A stretch of DNA of 64,000 nucleotides from Tubiluchus corallicola (taxonomy: Eukaryota; Animalia; Priapulida): NCBI GenBank assembly GCA_030141605.1, contig JAQGDQ010000285.1, forward strand, positions 136,002 through 200,001. Direction: 5' to 3'. The position numbers were made by a program, and so were the translations under genes. This document shows positions 1-12,316 of the stretch, piece after piece (position 1 is the stretch's first letter; each line of letters starts with the position of its first letter). A model generated the notes under the pieces. That model saw nothing but the letters and a program-made list of their open reading frames with translations. It made no database searches and was not told the origin of the DNA.

Positions 1-1890
1 TGAAGTGGAAGTTTATTTTAAAAAAAGTGTTCTAACCAACAAATGACCGCACACTTATTTTACATCGAATTGCCAAGTTTTTTAAATTTTAACATGAAGA
101 CGTTGAAGATAACAGAAAATGAAATATGTACTGCCTTCACCTACTCAAACTATCCTGCGTTAGTATGAGGTTCTAGCCGAAACATTCGGGATTCCAAACC
201 TATACTTGCATTTTGGTTAATAATTGTAATTTTATAAGGTCATATTAAATAGCGAATTAGTTCGCGCAGTAATTCGAGCAGTCCAGCATTATCTTTGAAC
301 AGCTATTGAATTAATCTTGATCTATACTAATATGTACTGTACATGACTTTGACATTGACAAATCGTGCTGACGTAGGGCCTACACCCGTTCTAACATACT
401 TTATACCTGAAAACACAGTGATAGATAAAAACAACACTGAATTGTGGGCAGTTTTGTGGAAAAACTGGCAGTTTCACTATGTAAGAAAAACAGCATTTGA
501 GATCACTAGAATGCAAGTTAAGGCCAGGCAAATAACAACGCTTACGACTTAAATTGAACTGACTATCTTTGCTGCAAAATTGACAGATTAGTTTCTTCGT
601 TTCAGAGTGAATAAAAGCAGCAAATATATTATTTTTCACTTCTCAATATTTTTGCTAGCTAATCGTTACAATGATGTACCTACATACAAAGTACGAGTAT
701 TTCCTATGCAGATGCTTACTCATTTCTGGATAAGGAATTAAAATTAGCGGCTTTACTAAATCAACTTCCACTTCGGGAAACAAAATATGAATAACATACT
801 GGATGTGGCATTTTTATTATTTTCCTGATTTAGAAATAATGTTTACATTGACCTTTTGCCACTCTCTCTCTTTCACTGTAGTGTCTTCACAAAATGACTA
901 CAAATGCATATCAACCACAATTCATGCTGTTGTCTTTTTCATAAGTATTAAGTCTTTTTCTCACACCGAAGCATGAATTAATTAATGTTGAATTGAAAAA
1001 GTTTGTTTCAAACTGGACCCCTCTTGTATAGACCAGTCTAAGGACTCTCGTGTTAAAATTTTTAGACTAGCCACTGACTCTCACTTTTTTAAAAATACAG
1101 CTTTATACATTTTAGGTGAAAGTGCACCATAAAAATATAAGATTGTGAATTCTATGAAAAAAAGATTAGGTTTACTGAAAAAAAGTTTACTGATTAAAGA
1201 GAAATTAAGTCATCAGAGTGAACGATACACAGTTCGACCAAATATGTACTGCGTTCATCCACTCCAAATACTCTGTGCATTCGTGCGTGAGGTACTAGTC
1301 GAAACACTTAGGATTCCAATTCTTCTTGCATTCAAAATTTGGACCAAGAGCAGGATTCTTAGGAAAAAAACAAATTTAGCAGTAAAATGATCGTAGATCA
1401 CATCACAGACGTTTCGGATGAAGTTGCGGAGAGTCTACTTTTTGTTTTGTTGACTAAGATTACTAAGAAATTCCAAGAAGTACGTAGAAGTCTGCCTTAA
1501 CAACACCTACAAATTGTTGCGTTTCAGAAAGTTGCTTTCGGGTTGTTTTTTGATGATTAACAGTGCCTCGTTATTTTTTTATACAAATATTTGCAAGCAG
1601 TCTGCAGGGTTTTATTTCTGAAAGAATCCTGGTCTTGATTCAGATTTTGAATTCAAGAAGAATTGGCTTCTGCTTCGAAAATTTTAAATTGTAAAATACT
1701 GTCTTACCTTAGCGATAACATTGTAAATTTTAAATATATTTAGTACAGTAATGTCAGTATTTTAGTGTAGTTTTAGTCATTGTAAATTTTATTTGTTTTT
1801 TTTTGCTCTTTTATGCTGAAATAAATAGTAATCAATTAAATAATCTGTTGAATCCCTTGTGTTTCGACTAGTACCAAACAAAGAATAAAT

Positions 1891-2858
1891 CAAGTGAGTG
1901 TGAGAGAGGGAGGGAGTGGTAGGGAGAGGAAGAGAGTGAGGGAGAGGGATGGAGCCAGTGGGAATGAGTGGGAGGAAGGGAGGGAGTGAGTGAGAGAGAG
2001 AGGGGTGGGAGTGGGAGGGTCCCATGGCATTAGAGTGGGAGTGGAAGGGGTGTGGTAGTCAGAAGGGGATGTGCGAACAGGAGGGGTGTGCAAGTGGGAG
2101 GGGGTGTGGGAGGGGGAAGGCAAGTGGGAGTGGGAAGGGGTGTGGGTGTGGGAATGGGAAGGGGGTGTGGGAATGGGAAGGGGGTGTGGGAGTGGGAGGC
2201 GAGTGGGAGGGAAAGTGGGGTGTGGTAATGGGAAGGGGCGTGGGAGTGGGACGGGGGTGTGGGAGTGGCAGTGGGAAAGGGGTGTGGGAGTGGGAGTGGG
2301 AAGCGGGTGTGGGAATGGGGAGGGCAAGTGGGAGTGGGAGGGGGTGTGGGAGTGGGGAGGGAGAGTGGGAGGGGGTGTGGGGGTGGGAGGGGGTGTGGGA
2401 GGGGGTGTGGGGGTGGGAGGGGGTGTGGGAGTGGGAGGGGGTGTGGGAGTGGGGAGGGCGAGTGGGAAGGGGGTGTGGGAGTGGGTGTGGGAATGGGGTG
2501 CGGGTGCGGGAGTGGGAATGGGGTGCGGGAGTGGGAGGGAGAGTGGGGTGTGGTAATGGGAAGGGGCATGCGAGTGGGAGTGGGAAGGGGCATGCGAGTG
2601 GGAAGGGGAGTGGGAGTGGGAGGGGGTGCGGGTGTGGGAGTGGGAGTGGAAAGGGGGTGTGGGAGTGGGGAGTGGGAGTGGGAGGGAGAGTGGGAGTGGG
2701 AGGGGGCATGCGAGTGGGAGGGGGCGCAGGAGTGTGGAGGAGGGGTGGGAGGGGTAGTAGGGCGAGTGAGAAAGAGGGTGAGGAAGCAAGTGAGAGAGGC
2801 AGGGAGAAGGAGGAAAGAATCTATTGAGGGAGTGTGTGAGAGATAGGGATGAGAGGGA
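1891..2858 (+). repeat. G-rich degenerate minisatellite (GGGAGT/GGGTGT/GGGAGG hexamers, often as an 18-bp GGGAGTGGGAGGGGGTGT unit); predicted G-quadruplex-forming
   Basis: Continuous GGG tracts spaced ~6 nt apart on +. The overlapping Pro/His/Thr- and Gly/Val/Trp-rich ORFs in several frames are by-products of the repeat. Confidence 0.9.
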
Positions 2859-4219
2859 TGTATTCAGCAATAATACATCTCTCTCATCCTTTTACTATGT
2901 TTTTGCAGAAGAGAGCATCAGATCCGATGTACGATATACAGTTTTGGTGATAGTGGAGTTACAGACTCATAGCGAAACCACAACCACGGCATACGATGCA
3001 TTCCCACTGATTGTGCCATGCTGTCTTCCACAGTGACCGCTCCGTGTCATTTTCACAGCAGTTCTACCAAGTGCTATCGATTCTGCCACAGAAAATGCAG
3101 CAAGAGTTTTCGTTGTAAATGTTCTTTTGTATTGATATTTTTTGTAACCCTGTACTTTTTTCTAACTTTTGTACTATTATTTCGATTTAATGCACACAAG
3201 TTCAATAATTATGTATTTTGTATGATACTGACTTGATATTTTTGATAATTTTATGCCTTTTTTCCCTGTACGCACTCATTATTGTGTAAATTCATGTTTC
3301 TGCATACACTTTTATTATTATTATCACAGTTTTTTTACATTAAATTAAAACACACTGTTTATACAATTTTCGTTGTAAATATCGTCTGAGTTGATATTTT
3401 GGTAATCTTGTGTTTTTTTTCATTTTCAGTTTAAATACTATTGTATCAAATTTGTAAATAAAGTAATGTATTTAAACAAATCAGTTAGTTATTTTCATTA
3501 ATTTTTTAAACTAAATGTATAATTACAGAATAATTTTCAATAATTGCAAAGAATTTTCAAGCAGTTTTGGAGAACAGACAATTGTGGTTTACAATTATTC
3601 TTGCAAGAGGAAAAAAGAAGTATTAATAATTGGTAATAAGTCGGTATATACAGATTAGCTCTTTGCATGCACAGTTGCTGCAGGATATGGATATAATATT
3701 GGATAAAAATGAATTAATTGTTTGCAGTTCGATGCGCAGTTTGTGACAGCTAGAGCGCATGATTCCCTGTCTATAACCTGTATTCTTGCTTGAAATAATG
3801 TTTTTTTATCAACATGAATCTTATGCATTTACAAACATTGGGCATGGTGCAGATAAAAATTTAACATACGTGAGCTTCAACAAAAGTTCAGCAAATACGT
3901 GTGACTGACACGAAAAGTTTCTGGAACAATATACAAATTCAACACTGTGGTCTCATTTGCCTTCAACTGACCCCTCCCACAATAAGTTTAGCAAGCAAAT
4001 TTACATTCGGTACAAATAGCAAACAGGGGGAATCCACTAAATATTGACTCTGTTCAGCCTGTGAGGGAAGGCTGAAAATTCATAGTTAACCAAAATCACG
4101 AATCAAGATCACGAATATGCAAAGAAAAACTTGTGAAACTGCTGTGTGGGAGGTTTCACGTGTTGACTGGATTTCACTTGCAGCAACCTGCTTGCAGTAT
4201 AGGTTCCATAAGAGCTAAT

Positions 4220-4230
4220 ACACACGCACG

Positions 4231-4270
<40 letters not shown>
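4220..4270. repeat. (CA)n/(CGCA)n microsatellite
   Basis: Direct reading of the sequence. Confidence 0.9.
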
Positions 4271-4690
4271 GATAGATATAGGCCTATATATTACTTTCTA
4301 TATGTAAACATCGTGCACTTCTTTTTTTACTGTTCCATAAGGCAGTTTTTTGAACTCTGTTTTGCTACTGTGTAAACTTATAACAATAGTAAGTCAAAAG
4401 TGCATATCAAAATCCAAGGCAAAGGGTAAATCTATGCATGACCTATAATCAAACGTTACTACTTGACTAACCTTAAAACTTTAATTAATTATACTGTTTT
4501 GGGTCCCAGGCGGCACTCTTTTACTGAGTTTTGCAGGGTTAGAAATTGTGCTTGTATACAAAGTAAGTGCATGTGTTTTAGCGGTCATGTTTAAAGTAAG
4601 TAGCAGTGACAGCGAACAGTTTGAATTAGGAACTGGCCAAGAAATAAATTTGAGTCTATGTTGTGCAAACTGTGTCGTACGTAATCCAGA

Positions 4691-6010
4691 ATGGCAAAGT
4701 CAAAGACAAGTAAAACACCAGTGCCAAATGACCATCTACACAATCAGAAAAACATTGATCAAGGTTATGCTTGGACTATCATGTTTGCTACAACTGTACA
4801 AGTAACTGTGCAACTGTTCATGCTGAATGTGTTTAGTGTACTATTTGTTGAACTGTATGAATATTTTGGTGCCAAGAAAAGCGTTATTGCCTGGATAGGA
4901 TCGTGCTTATCAGCTACGATTTTCTTAATTGGACCTTTCAGCAACCTAATGACGCAACGTCTGGGAGTCAGGAAGACAATAATGTTAGGAGGCACTGTTG
5001 CTACTCTTGGACAATTCTTGTCTTATTTTGCTACTAACGAATACTTTTTATTCGTCTCTTTTGGAATTGTGACAGGAATAGGTTTGGGGATGTCACATCT
5101 ACCCGCACTGTACTCGCTTGTAATTTATTTTGAGAGAAGGCGTGGTCAAATGAATGCTCTGACTTTCTGCATTGGCGCAGTTGGTGTTATGTTTTCTGGT
5201 CCTTTGACAAATTTTTTTATAGAACAGTTTGCATGGCGGGGAACTATGTTGTTGTTGGCAAGTATAACATCGCAGGTTATTGTGGCAGGAGCTCTTAGCG
5301 CTCCTATCAGTTCAAATCAACCCAAGGAAACTGTCAATATGAGAAATGTGCTAGCTTTCCAACTATTTAAAGATTCAAAACTTTGTCTTTACACGATTAA
5401 CAGTTTCCTTTGGCTAGCAGCACTCATAGTTGTGTTTGGTTTAGCAGTAGATGTTGCTGTGTCCAACGGAATCAATCGACGCCAAGCAGCCTGGACAGTG
5501 ACCACCATGGGTGCATGCACTGCTGCCATCCGTTTGATGGTCGCGTTTTTAGGGCCTACGTCTAATACATTACGATGGGTATATGCTGTAGGAGGTTTTG
5601 TACAAGGCGTCTCTCATGTGCTTATGCCTATATCTACACGTCTCTCTTGCTTTCACATTCTAATGGGTGTATATGGGATGTCTTATGGAGTAAAGGTAGC
5701 CCTTCATCCCACGTTGACGATAGAGATGTTTGGATTGGAAAGTTTTCCTCCCGCGTATAGTTTTCAGATGTTGGCAATGGGACTAGGCGGATTAATAGGT
5801 AGTCCAGCTGCCAGAACTGGAAACTACAACAATGGATTTTTGACTTTTGGTGTACTTAGTTGCATAGCCAGCTTGTTGTTCGTTGTCGCAATGCGTATTG
5901 AAAAGCGAGATCACGAGCATCATAGGACAGTGCGAGAACTAGAAGAAGCTCATGAACTTGGTCCTTTTGTTCACGAGTTTGTTTCTGACACGCGTTTGAA
6001 TAAAAGGTAG
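4691..6010 (+). CDS. Monocarboxylate transporter (SLC16/MCT family, MFS), single coding exon, 439 aa
   Basis: Long uninterrupted ORF with about 12 hydrophobic segments. MCT signature DQGYAWTIM (cf. DGGWGW) before TM1, YFERRR after TM4, FAWRGTMLLL in TM6, EMFG loop. AATAAA at ~5999 and ~6093. Confidence 0.92.
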   Translation: MAKSKTSKTPVPNDHLHNQKNIDQGYAWTIMFATTVQVTVQLFMLNVFSVLFVELYEYFGAKKSVIAWIGSCLSATIFLIGPFSNLMTQRLGVRKTIMLGGTVATLGQFLSYFATNEYFLFVSFGIVTGIGLGMSHLPALYSLVIYFERRRGQMNALTFCIGAVGVMFSGPLTNFFIEQFAWRGTMLLLASITSQVIVAGALSAPISSNQPKETVNMRNVLAFQLFKDSKLCLYTINSFLWLAALIVVFGLAVDVAVSNGINRRQAAWTVTTMGACTAAIRLMVAFLGPTSNTLRWVYAVGGFVQGVSHVLMPISTRLSCFHILMGVYGMSYGVKVALHPTLTIEMFGLESFPPAYSFQMLAMGLGGLIGSPAARTGNYNNGFLTFGVLSCIASLLFVVAMRIEKRDHEHHRTVRELEEAHELGPFVHEFVSDTRLNKR

Positions 6011-6960
6011 ATATGGTTTCCTTGAAATCAATAACGTTAAAATTACATGTTTGGCTCCGTTCTAAAATATCTATTATTGTGCGCAATATTCTAATAAAAT
6101 CGATAATAGTAAGAGAGCAAAGAAAAAAGAAAATTTTTACAGAAACGTTTGTTAATTATCCAAAGAAGGACATAATTAAGTTGCGGTTTCCCTCACAGCA
6201 ATCAGGTTTGTCAATGGAATAGGTTGGTGCTTAACAATGTTCGAAAGCGCAATACAATAATTATGATACTATTAAATAACGACCCACATTATAAAACACT
6301 TAACTACGTTTATACCGAAAAATGTTTAAAAGTAGTGTTTTCTCAAAACTCGACGCAGCGCGACCATCATTAACTGTTTCCAGTGAACCCTGCTACCGCA
6401 AAATCGGCATCTCGAATAACACCTCAACAACGTGAACTCTACAAGGAAACTATACAGTCCAATGAAGCTTCAACGTAGCTTCAAAATAATGCTACCATAT
6501 GAATTTTATGACCGTCAGTCAGAAATTTAGTACAATAACAGTTTAGGAACTCATGTCTAATAAAGGAGTTGTTGGAATCCCAAGATAAAATGATAACAGG
6601 ATAATATGATGGAATCCCTAATAAAGAGCTTTGTGGCTAGTGCTTTTATGTAAATAATCGACTGAAAATAAATTTTTGCTTACTTATTTACTTATATGAG
6701 TCGGGGAAAATGGCTTGAGTTTTGAAATGCGAGGTCAAATAGGAATGAATCCTTACTCAATGAGGCGTCCCCAGAAAAATACTGCGGCTCCTCCCAAGTC
6801 GTAGCATGTATTCGCTAATTTCATATTCATGTACGTACACATAATACGTATACGTATACGTAATATATACATACTTGTCAATACCAATTATATCTAACTT
6901 TCAAGGCCACTAGAAATACTGCGACCTGAATTAAAACTAAATAAAAGATAAAACAGTACA

Positions 6961-6972
6961 GACACACACGCA

Positions 6973-7004
<32 letters not shown>

Positions 7005-7010
7005 CACACA
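6961..7010. repeat. (CACG)n/(CA)n microsatellite
   Basis: Direct reading of the sequence. Confidence 0.9.
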
Positions 7011-7226
7011 TATGTAATAAAAACATCTTTTTAAAAAAAAGAAAAGTATGCCGACGATATCGTGCTGTTTTCTACGAGCCAGACAGGATTGCAAAATTGC
7101 TTACATCGATTAAACGCATATTGCAATAAATGGCTTCTTAACATAAACACTGCCAACACTAATGTCCTTTATACATAAACATTATTTATTTTGAGTAGAT
7201 TTACAACACAGTGGATTTACAACAAC

Positions 7227-7256
7227 ATTACTGATCACAATACTGTGATCAGTAAT
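7227..7256. repeat. Perfect 13-bp inverted repeat (ATTACTGATCACA-atac-TGTGATCAGTAAT), possibly a collapsed MITE remnant
   Basis: Arms are exact reverse complements with a 4-nt spacer. Confidence 0.75.
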
Positions 7257-7975
7257 AGTTACTATGTGCAGTGATGAAATATACAATTGGTTAGTTCGAG
7301 CATGTAATAACTCAGAATACTTAATTCAAAAATACGACTAGTTCATTAGTTAATATTTAATTAAAATTTACAAAACCCATGCATTAGATACGATAACAGA
7401 AATGGTTCTCGATGTACATAAACCTATATGCCCATGCAAAGTATAAGTTGTACATTGTAATGTACAATGTTGCTACTTAATTCAGAAATTCAATGCATGT
7501 GGAATTAATACAATTAGTGTAGTATTGCAGTTATTACAGCAATACATATAGTTGTTTCTAGAATAACTCGTTTATTAATGAGTACTTGATTGAGAGACAG
7601 TCTACAAAATAACTTAAAATACAGTTATACGTACAATCAGTTCACAAAACGTTTAGTGGACTTTAGGTAGTTCTGTAACAGTTTAAAGATAATGCCACTG
7701 GATGGATGACCTGATCTCTGAGTTTATGAAAAATGTCGTTGTGTATAATAGCTGGTCTAGGGTTGGCGTGTAATTCATTAGTTATGTGCCGATAATAACA
7801 GAGCTGATCCAATAATAGTGCTCTGTGTATGTCATAGTTTGTGCACTCAAAAAATTAATGGCCGGGCTTTCAGTCGAATTGTTGTAGCTACATGAAGGGT
7901 AATCGATAATATTCCTAGCAAACAAATCACCTTTTAATTGCGAAAAATTGGCAATAAATCTATTTGTTGAATCTA

Positions 7976-8240
7976 ATGTCCTTTAATAAAGGAGGTCACA
8001 AAATTACTAAAAATGCATTCACGTTAGGCAACGATAACCTGGAAATTGTTCAAAAGTCAAAACTATACATATCTAGGAATAACCTTTAATGCAAGTGGCT
8101 CCTTTAATGCAGCTAAACAAGAACTGCATAATGAGGCCGTCAAAGGTTTTTCAATCTTAGATAAAAAATATGGGATACAAATGTAATAACGATATTATCT
8201 GACACCTTGATCAAACCAGTTACCTCGTGTGAGATTTGGT
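7976..8240 (+). mobile_element. Degraded non-LTR retrotransposon (CR1/L2-group) reverse-transcriptase C-terminal fragment
   Basis: Frameshifted translation MSFNKGGHKITKNAFTLGNDNLEIVQ..YTYLGITFNASGSFNAAKQEL...DTLIKPV..CEIW matches the LINE RT 'YKYLG' and 'LFD.LIKPILLYGCEIW' motifs. Confidence 0.75.
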
Positions 8241-9019
8241 AACGCTTTACCTTTTACAACGAAAAACTGTAGAGTTTACATTATGGACTTTCCCGCAGAA
8301 AATACAGTACTGACAAATGTTTGTTGTTAAGAAAAAATGGAACTTAATCCTGTAAGCTACGGTATCTTGAATTACCAAATGATGATAATTTTTTATTTCG
8401 TAAATATATACAAGTGGGTATATACAAAAGAGGCCTCTACTTGCAGGCCAATAAATTACAGAATCACGCGAAATAATTAAACACTTTACTGTAACAAACA
8501 AATATCTGGATTGCCACTTTGCGCTTAGTACGCCAGCTTCAAAAGTTTTACGTACAAAACGCTCAATAGTTAGTTACACACAAAAATTACCATATACAGC
8601 CACACTTTATGGAATACTAATACTTATTACCAAGTAGTAATCATTCTAACAAAAAGAATTTAAATATATTTGCAGATTTCAACTGTTTAACTTTGACGAT
8701 CTTTATTTACAAGGAGCAGAGACTCTTAACATAATTTAGTGTCCTTAAGCAAAAATTTCTAACAAAAACGGTCATGCAATAATTATTTGCCTGTCATACC
8801 CTGAACAGAAATTTGTTAAATTTACCTTGTCCATTTAATAAACTAAAGGCGGTTGTTTCAATTTCCCTTTTTTCTTAGTTAGAGAAAAATTTAAATAGTT
8901 AATGTTTAAATTGTGCTCTATTTCGGTAACATTACCAAAGAAGCGATGAAATTAATTTATTTCCCACAGATGGGCCAGAAAGTAAGACATTTGCCTCTTA
9001 GTGAATCTAAAAGTATCAA

Positions 9020-9925
9020 TTGCCATCCTCCAAGTGCAATAGAAAGTACTCACTGAATTACCAACACATCCTTTCACATTGGCCAAATTTACCGAGAGTT
9101 TGTAACATTGCCTATAACTATGTTGGTAGCCAAATTGCCAAATGTTGGTTTCCAAGCATTTTTGCTCTAAACAAGTCATTTTCATCACAGTTAAGTGCTT
9201 TGAGAAAAAAACTTTGAGATAAACCGTATGTCAAGTCCAGTTTGTTTCTGGCTGAATGAGAGGTTGAGCCGGTTGCCTTCTTCACAGCCTCATATAAAAT
9301 AACACCAAACACTGTCCCGCTTAAAATTCCCAGAAAAACTATATGACCATACAGAGCTGTTTGGTGTAGAGGAAAAGACAATAACTGTTCTTATGGAGCA
9401 CTGGAACCAAATCCCTTAAAAAAAATAAAAACCTGTGTGGGCTGTTGGAAGAAATACCGTCTCTAGGGTTTTTGAAGCTATCAACACTCAATAATGGTTC
9501 AAGTTGAGAAGTTCGTGAGATAAGTTTTCCCTCTTCCAAAAGCACAGCCCAAGGGGGAAGCATTAATTTAGAAAAGGTGTATGCTATAGAGAAATTCCCA
9601 TCTTTGAGAAATGCTGTTATATTACGTTTTGGAAGCTAAGCAATGGGAGCATTTGAAAATCTTCCATTACCTTGTATCAGTTCATATGAAGATGTAATGA
9701 TACTAATTGAGCAAGAGAATGCTGATGACTTCATGCCTTTGGAACTAAGAGCTGGAAAATCTGGTGATCCATATGCCTTAAAAACACCTCAGGGGTAGCC
9801 CGTGAATGGTAAATTAGCCATGCCTCTGACATCTGCACCCATTCCAGAAACGATAAATGAATCTTACTGTCTCAGACAATGAGTTGTCGCATCAAGTTAA
9901 GTGTTTTTGCAATCCTTCGAGAACT
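9020..9925 (+). mobile_element. Degraded BEL/Pao LTR-retrotransposon gag-protease region
   Basis: Broken frame LKLSTLNN..EVREISF..GSINLEKVYAIEKFP..KQWEHL..LPLPCISSYEDVMILIEQENADDFMPLELRAGKSGDPYALKTPQG*PVNG fits the BEL/Pao post-protease motif (WPHL..LIG.D..PLE.R.G...PYA.KTPLGW...G). Cys-rich remnant near 9030-9200. Confidence 0.7.
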
Positions 9926-10134
9926 CGGATGTCGGAAAACAAACCTCTCCCGAGAACTGTTTTTTCTCATTTTTGAAAATCAAGAAGAAAATTGCTGCAA
10001 AATGTCGCAAATTGTGTGCACACTGTACAAATTATCAATGTCTTCTTAATAAAGTTTAACACTATAGGGCAACTAACGTCCAAAAAGACAGGAAATCTCA
10101 TTCAGAATTAAAATTTACGTTGTTTTCTATCCCA

Positions 10135-10590
10135 CCAGCCCCGGATTAACCATTCAGTAAAACAAGTACGTGCTTAGGGTCCCAGTGAAACAGGGGCCCC
10201 GCACAGTTTTTTCAAATCGAATAATTACCCAATAGTAAAATGTACTGGAATATGTGTGGCGGTTTCTGTGTTTGTTTACAATATGACAGTAATCATGAGA
10301 CAGGATACAGGGAAGTTAACAAAAAATAATCAAATGATACAAAAGAAAATTTAACACATATAGTTTGCGGACTTTGTTCTCCTTGTGGCACCACATATTA
10401 TGTAATCAAATGTTTGTAGGTGAGAAACTCTTGGTTAGGTTGCAACCCTCTTGACAAGGTTTCAGCTAGGTGGTTTGGTGGAGCCCCGTACGTCCAGAGT
10501 AGTTTGGGGCGAAGCCGAGACCGCCAATGCATTTCCATCAATTAAGAACATTTGGAAGCATTTAGAGACGCCTGGAAAGCAGACCTTTTA
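10135..10590 (+). mobile_element. Non-autonomous DNA-transposon-like dispersed repeat fragment
   Basis: CAGCCCCGGATTAACC...TAGGGTCCC..GGGGCCCC terminus-like motif plus GC-rich GGGGCGAAGCCG..CCGCCAATGCATTT core. A related core occurs at ~13510-13630. Confidence 0.4.
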
Positions 10591-11141
10591 CACTTCGTTC
10601 AAAGGAAAAGTGTACTTTTTAAACTTTACTACGGTTTCCAACCACTACATTTTAGGTTTCAGAAATTCCTAACACCAACAAGCCAAAAACCTAGGAAGTT
10701 CTCAGTAAGTGGTGTGAAAGGCTTCTTGTCTTTCTTGCTGAAGCTTGACTGATATTAAAGTCACTTTAATGGCAATAAAGTTTCCTTGTGTGATTAATTA
10801 TTGTCCATTAGTTATAGGTTTACACATCAAAGAAAATCGTTAATGTAATTTTGTCCTTTTTTAAATACTTCAATTTCTCTTATTCTGCTAACATTTAAAG
10901 TATTTCTGAGGAAGAAGTAACATGTTGGACGTGAGAACGGGATAATACTTGTAGATGTGGGTGACACACGCTGTATGCGGGTGAATTGTTAGGCATGTTT
11001 GCAAAGTTTCTAAATTCTACAGAAATATACTCGCATTTGGGAATATAACGGAAACTATACGCTGAGATAGACAGCATGGTGTCTCATTTTTATGTTAACA
11101 CCACCTGAAACAAGCTTTACCGTCGCTTTGCGTAGATGAAT

Positions 11142-11155
11142 GTTGCCATGGCAAC
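11142..11155. promoter_or_regulatory. Perfect palindromic RFX X-box-like motif GTTGCCATGGCAAC
   Basis: Exact 14-bp palindrome matching the RFX consensus. No nearby gene identified, and it may be transposon-derived. Confidence 0.35.
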
Positions 11156-12208
11156 CAGCGTGCGAAGGCTTCACCGGCTCTAAATGAAATTTGTCTTCGT
11201 CTAGCAGCGGTAGGAACTGGCGCCCAAGAGTCTGTATTGAAGCCTAATCATTTACAGCACAGCAGAGCTGCTCAGAATTTATATTGCGTTACCTAGGTTA
11301 CCTGTAAAGTTAATGCGGCATTTTGTGAATTGTCCAGCCACAGAAGAAGGTTCATTTTTCTTATTGTTCAATAGGAGTAATTAGGCCTATCACCATCTCG
11401 TTTATGTTAAAGCCTTAAACTTTTACTTTGTGGAGACCGACTGGTGTTTTCAGCAAATTTTTTTATAACTGCTGCGTCATCGACACAACTCAACGTAGCT
11501 TATACATAAGCAAAATCCTTGACATGCCTAGCTCTAATGATGTATTGGACAAGGAGCTGATTTCAATCCCAGAGCCATACAATATAATGTTATTTAGACT
11601 GAAATTAAGAATATCACTATTTTTGTCATCTGGTTTAACGCGTTTTGATAGTTAGGCAGCACCTAGCTGCGAATGTTCACTCAATTCGCATAAATACTTA
11701 CTGCCTCAACTTATCTGGTGCTTAGCCTTTTCCTTCCTGGTACGTAGGTTAAACAAGACATATTTATAAAATTTAAATGTGTGCATTTATAGCAAAGTTT
11801 TATTTAAGCAAAATTGTCTTATGACGGAATTAACACTGGATTTAACTTGAGAGATATCTTCCACTCAATTTAGTTCAAGTTCCTATTTTGTTTAGAAGAA
11901 TGTAAACTCTTATAGTTGTAGGCTCTTGAAGTAGTTAATTATAACCAATCATCAACCGTTAATGGCAATTTACCTGATAAGGTGATGAACACAATAAACA
12001 TATCTTGTAAGGGCGGGGGCAAGCTATAATTATTTATCACAGAGATTTAAATTTTTTATTTTATCTAATGATTAGTTATGTTATTATTTGTTGGTTGCGC
12101 TGTAAGTAAATTTAGGACTGATTACGCAGCAGCCAAATAACAAGAACCGTAATTTTTGCAAAGTATTGGAAATGCATTTTGTTCTCTATTAAATATTGTT
12201 AACTTCAA

Positions 12209-12316
12209 CCAGATGGTACAGTGTAATGGATAACTCATCTGGTGTCCGACTGAGAGGTAGTGAGTTCGATACTGCGGCTGGGTCACACCAAAGAGTATAA
12301 AAATGGTACCTGCTGC
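12209..12316 (+). mobile_element. tRNA-derived SINE fragment (MetaSINE-like core, from recall)
   Basis: A-box-like TGGTACAGTGTAATGG and B-box GAGTTCGATAC, followed by GGGTCACACCAAAGAGTATAAAAATGGTACCTGCTGC, a conserved invertebrate SINE central-domain-like sequence. Confidence 0.6.

Noticed and set aside
1789-2870. Multiple long overlapping ORFs (extensin-like Pro/His-rich; Gly/Trp/Glu-rich)
   Set aside because: Open in many frames on both strands only because the G-rich repeat lacks stop codons; no splice or domain support.
2908-3120. Exon-like GC-richer segment after a TTTTGCAG acceptor
   Set aside because: All frames stop quickly and no protein motif or partner exon was recognised.
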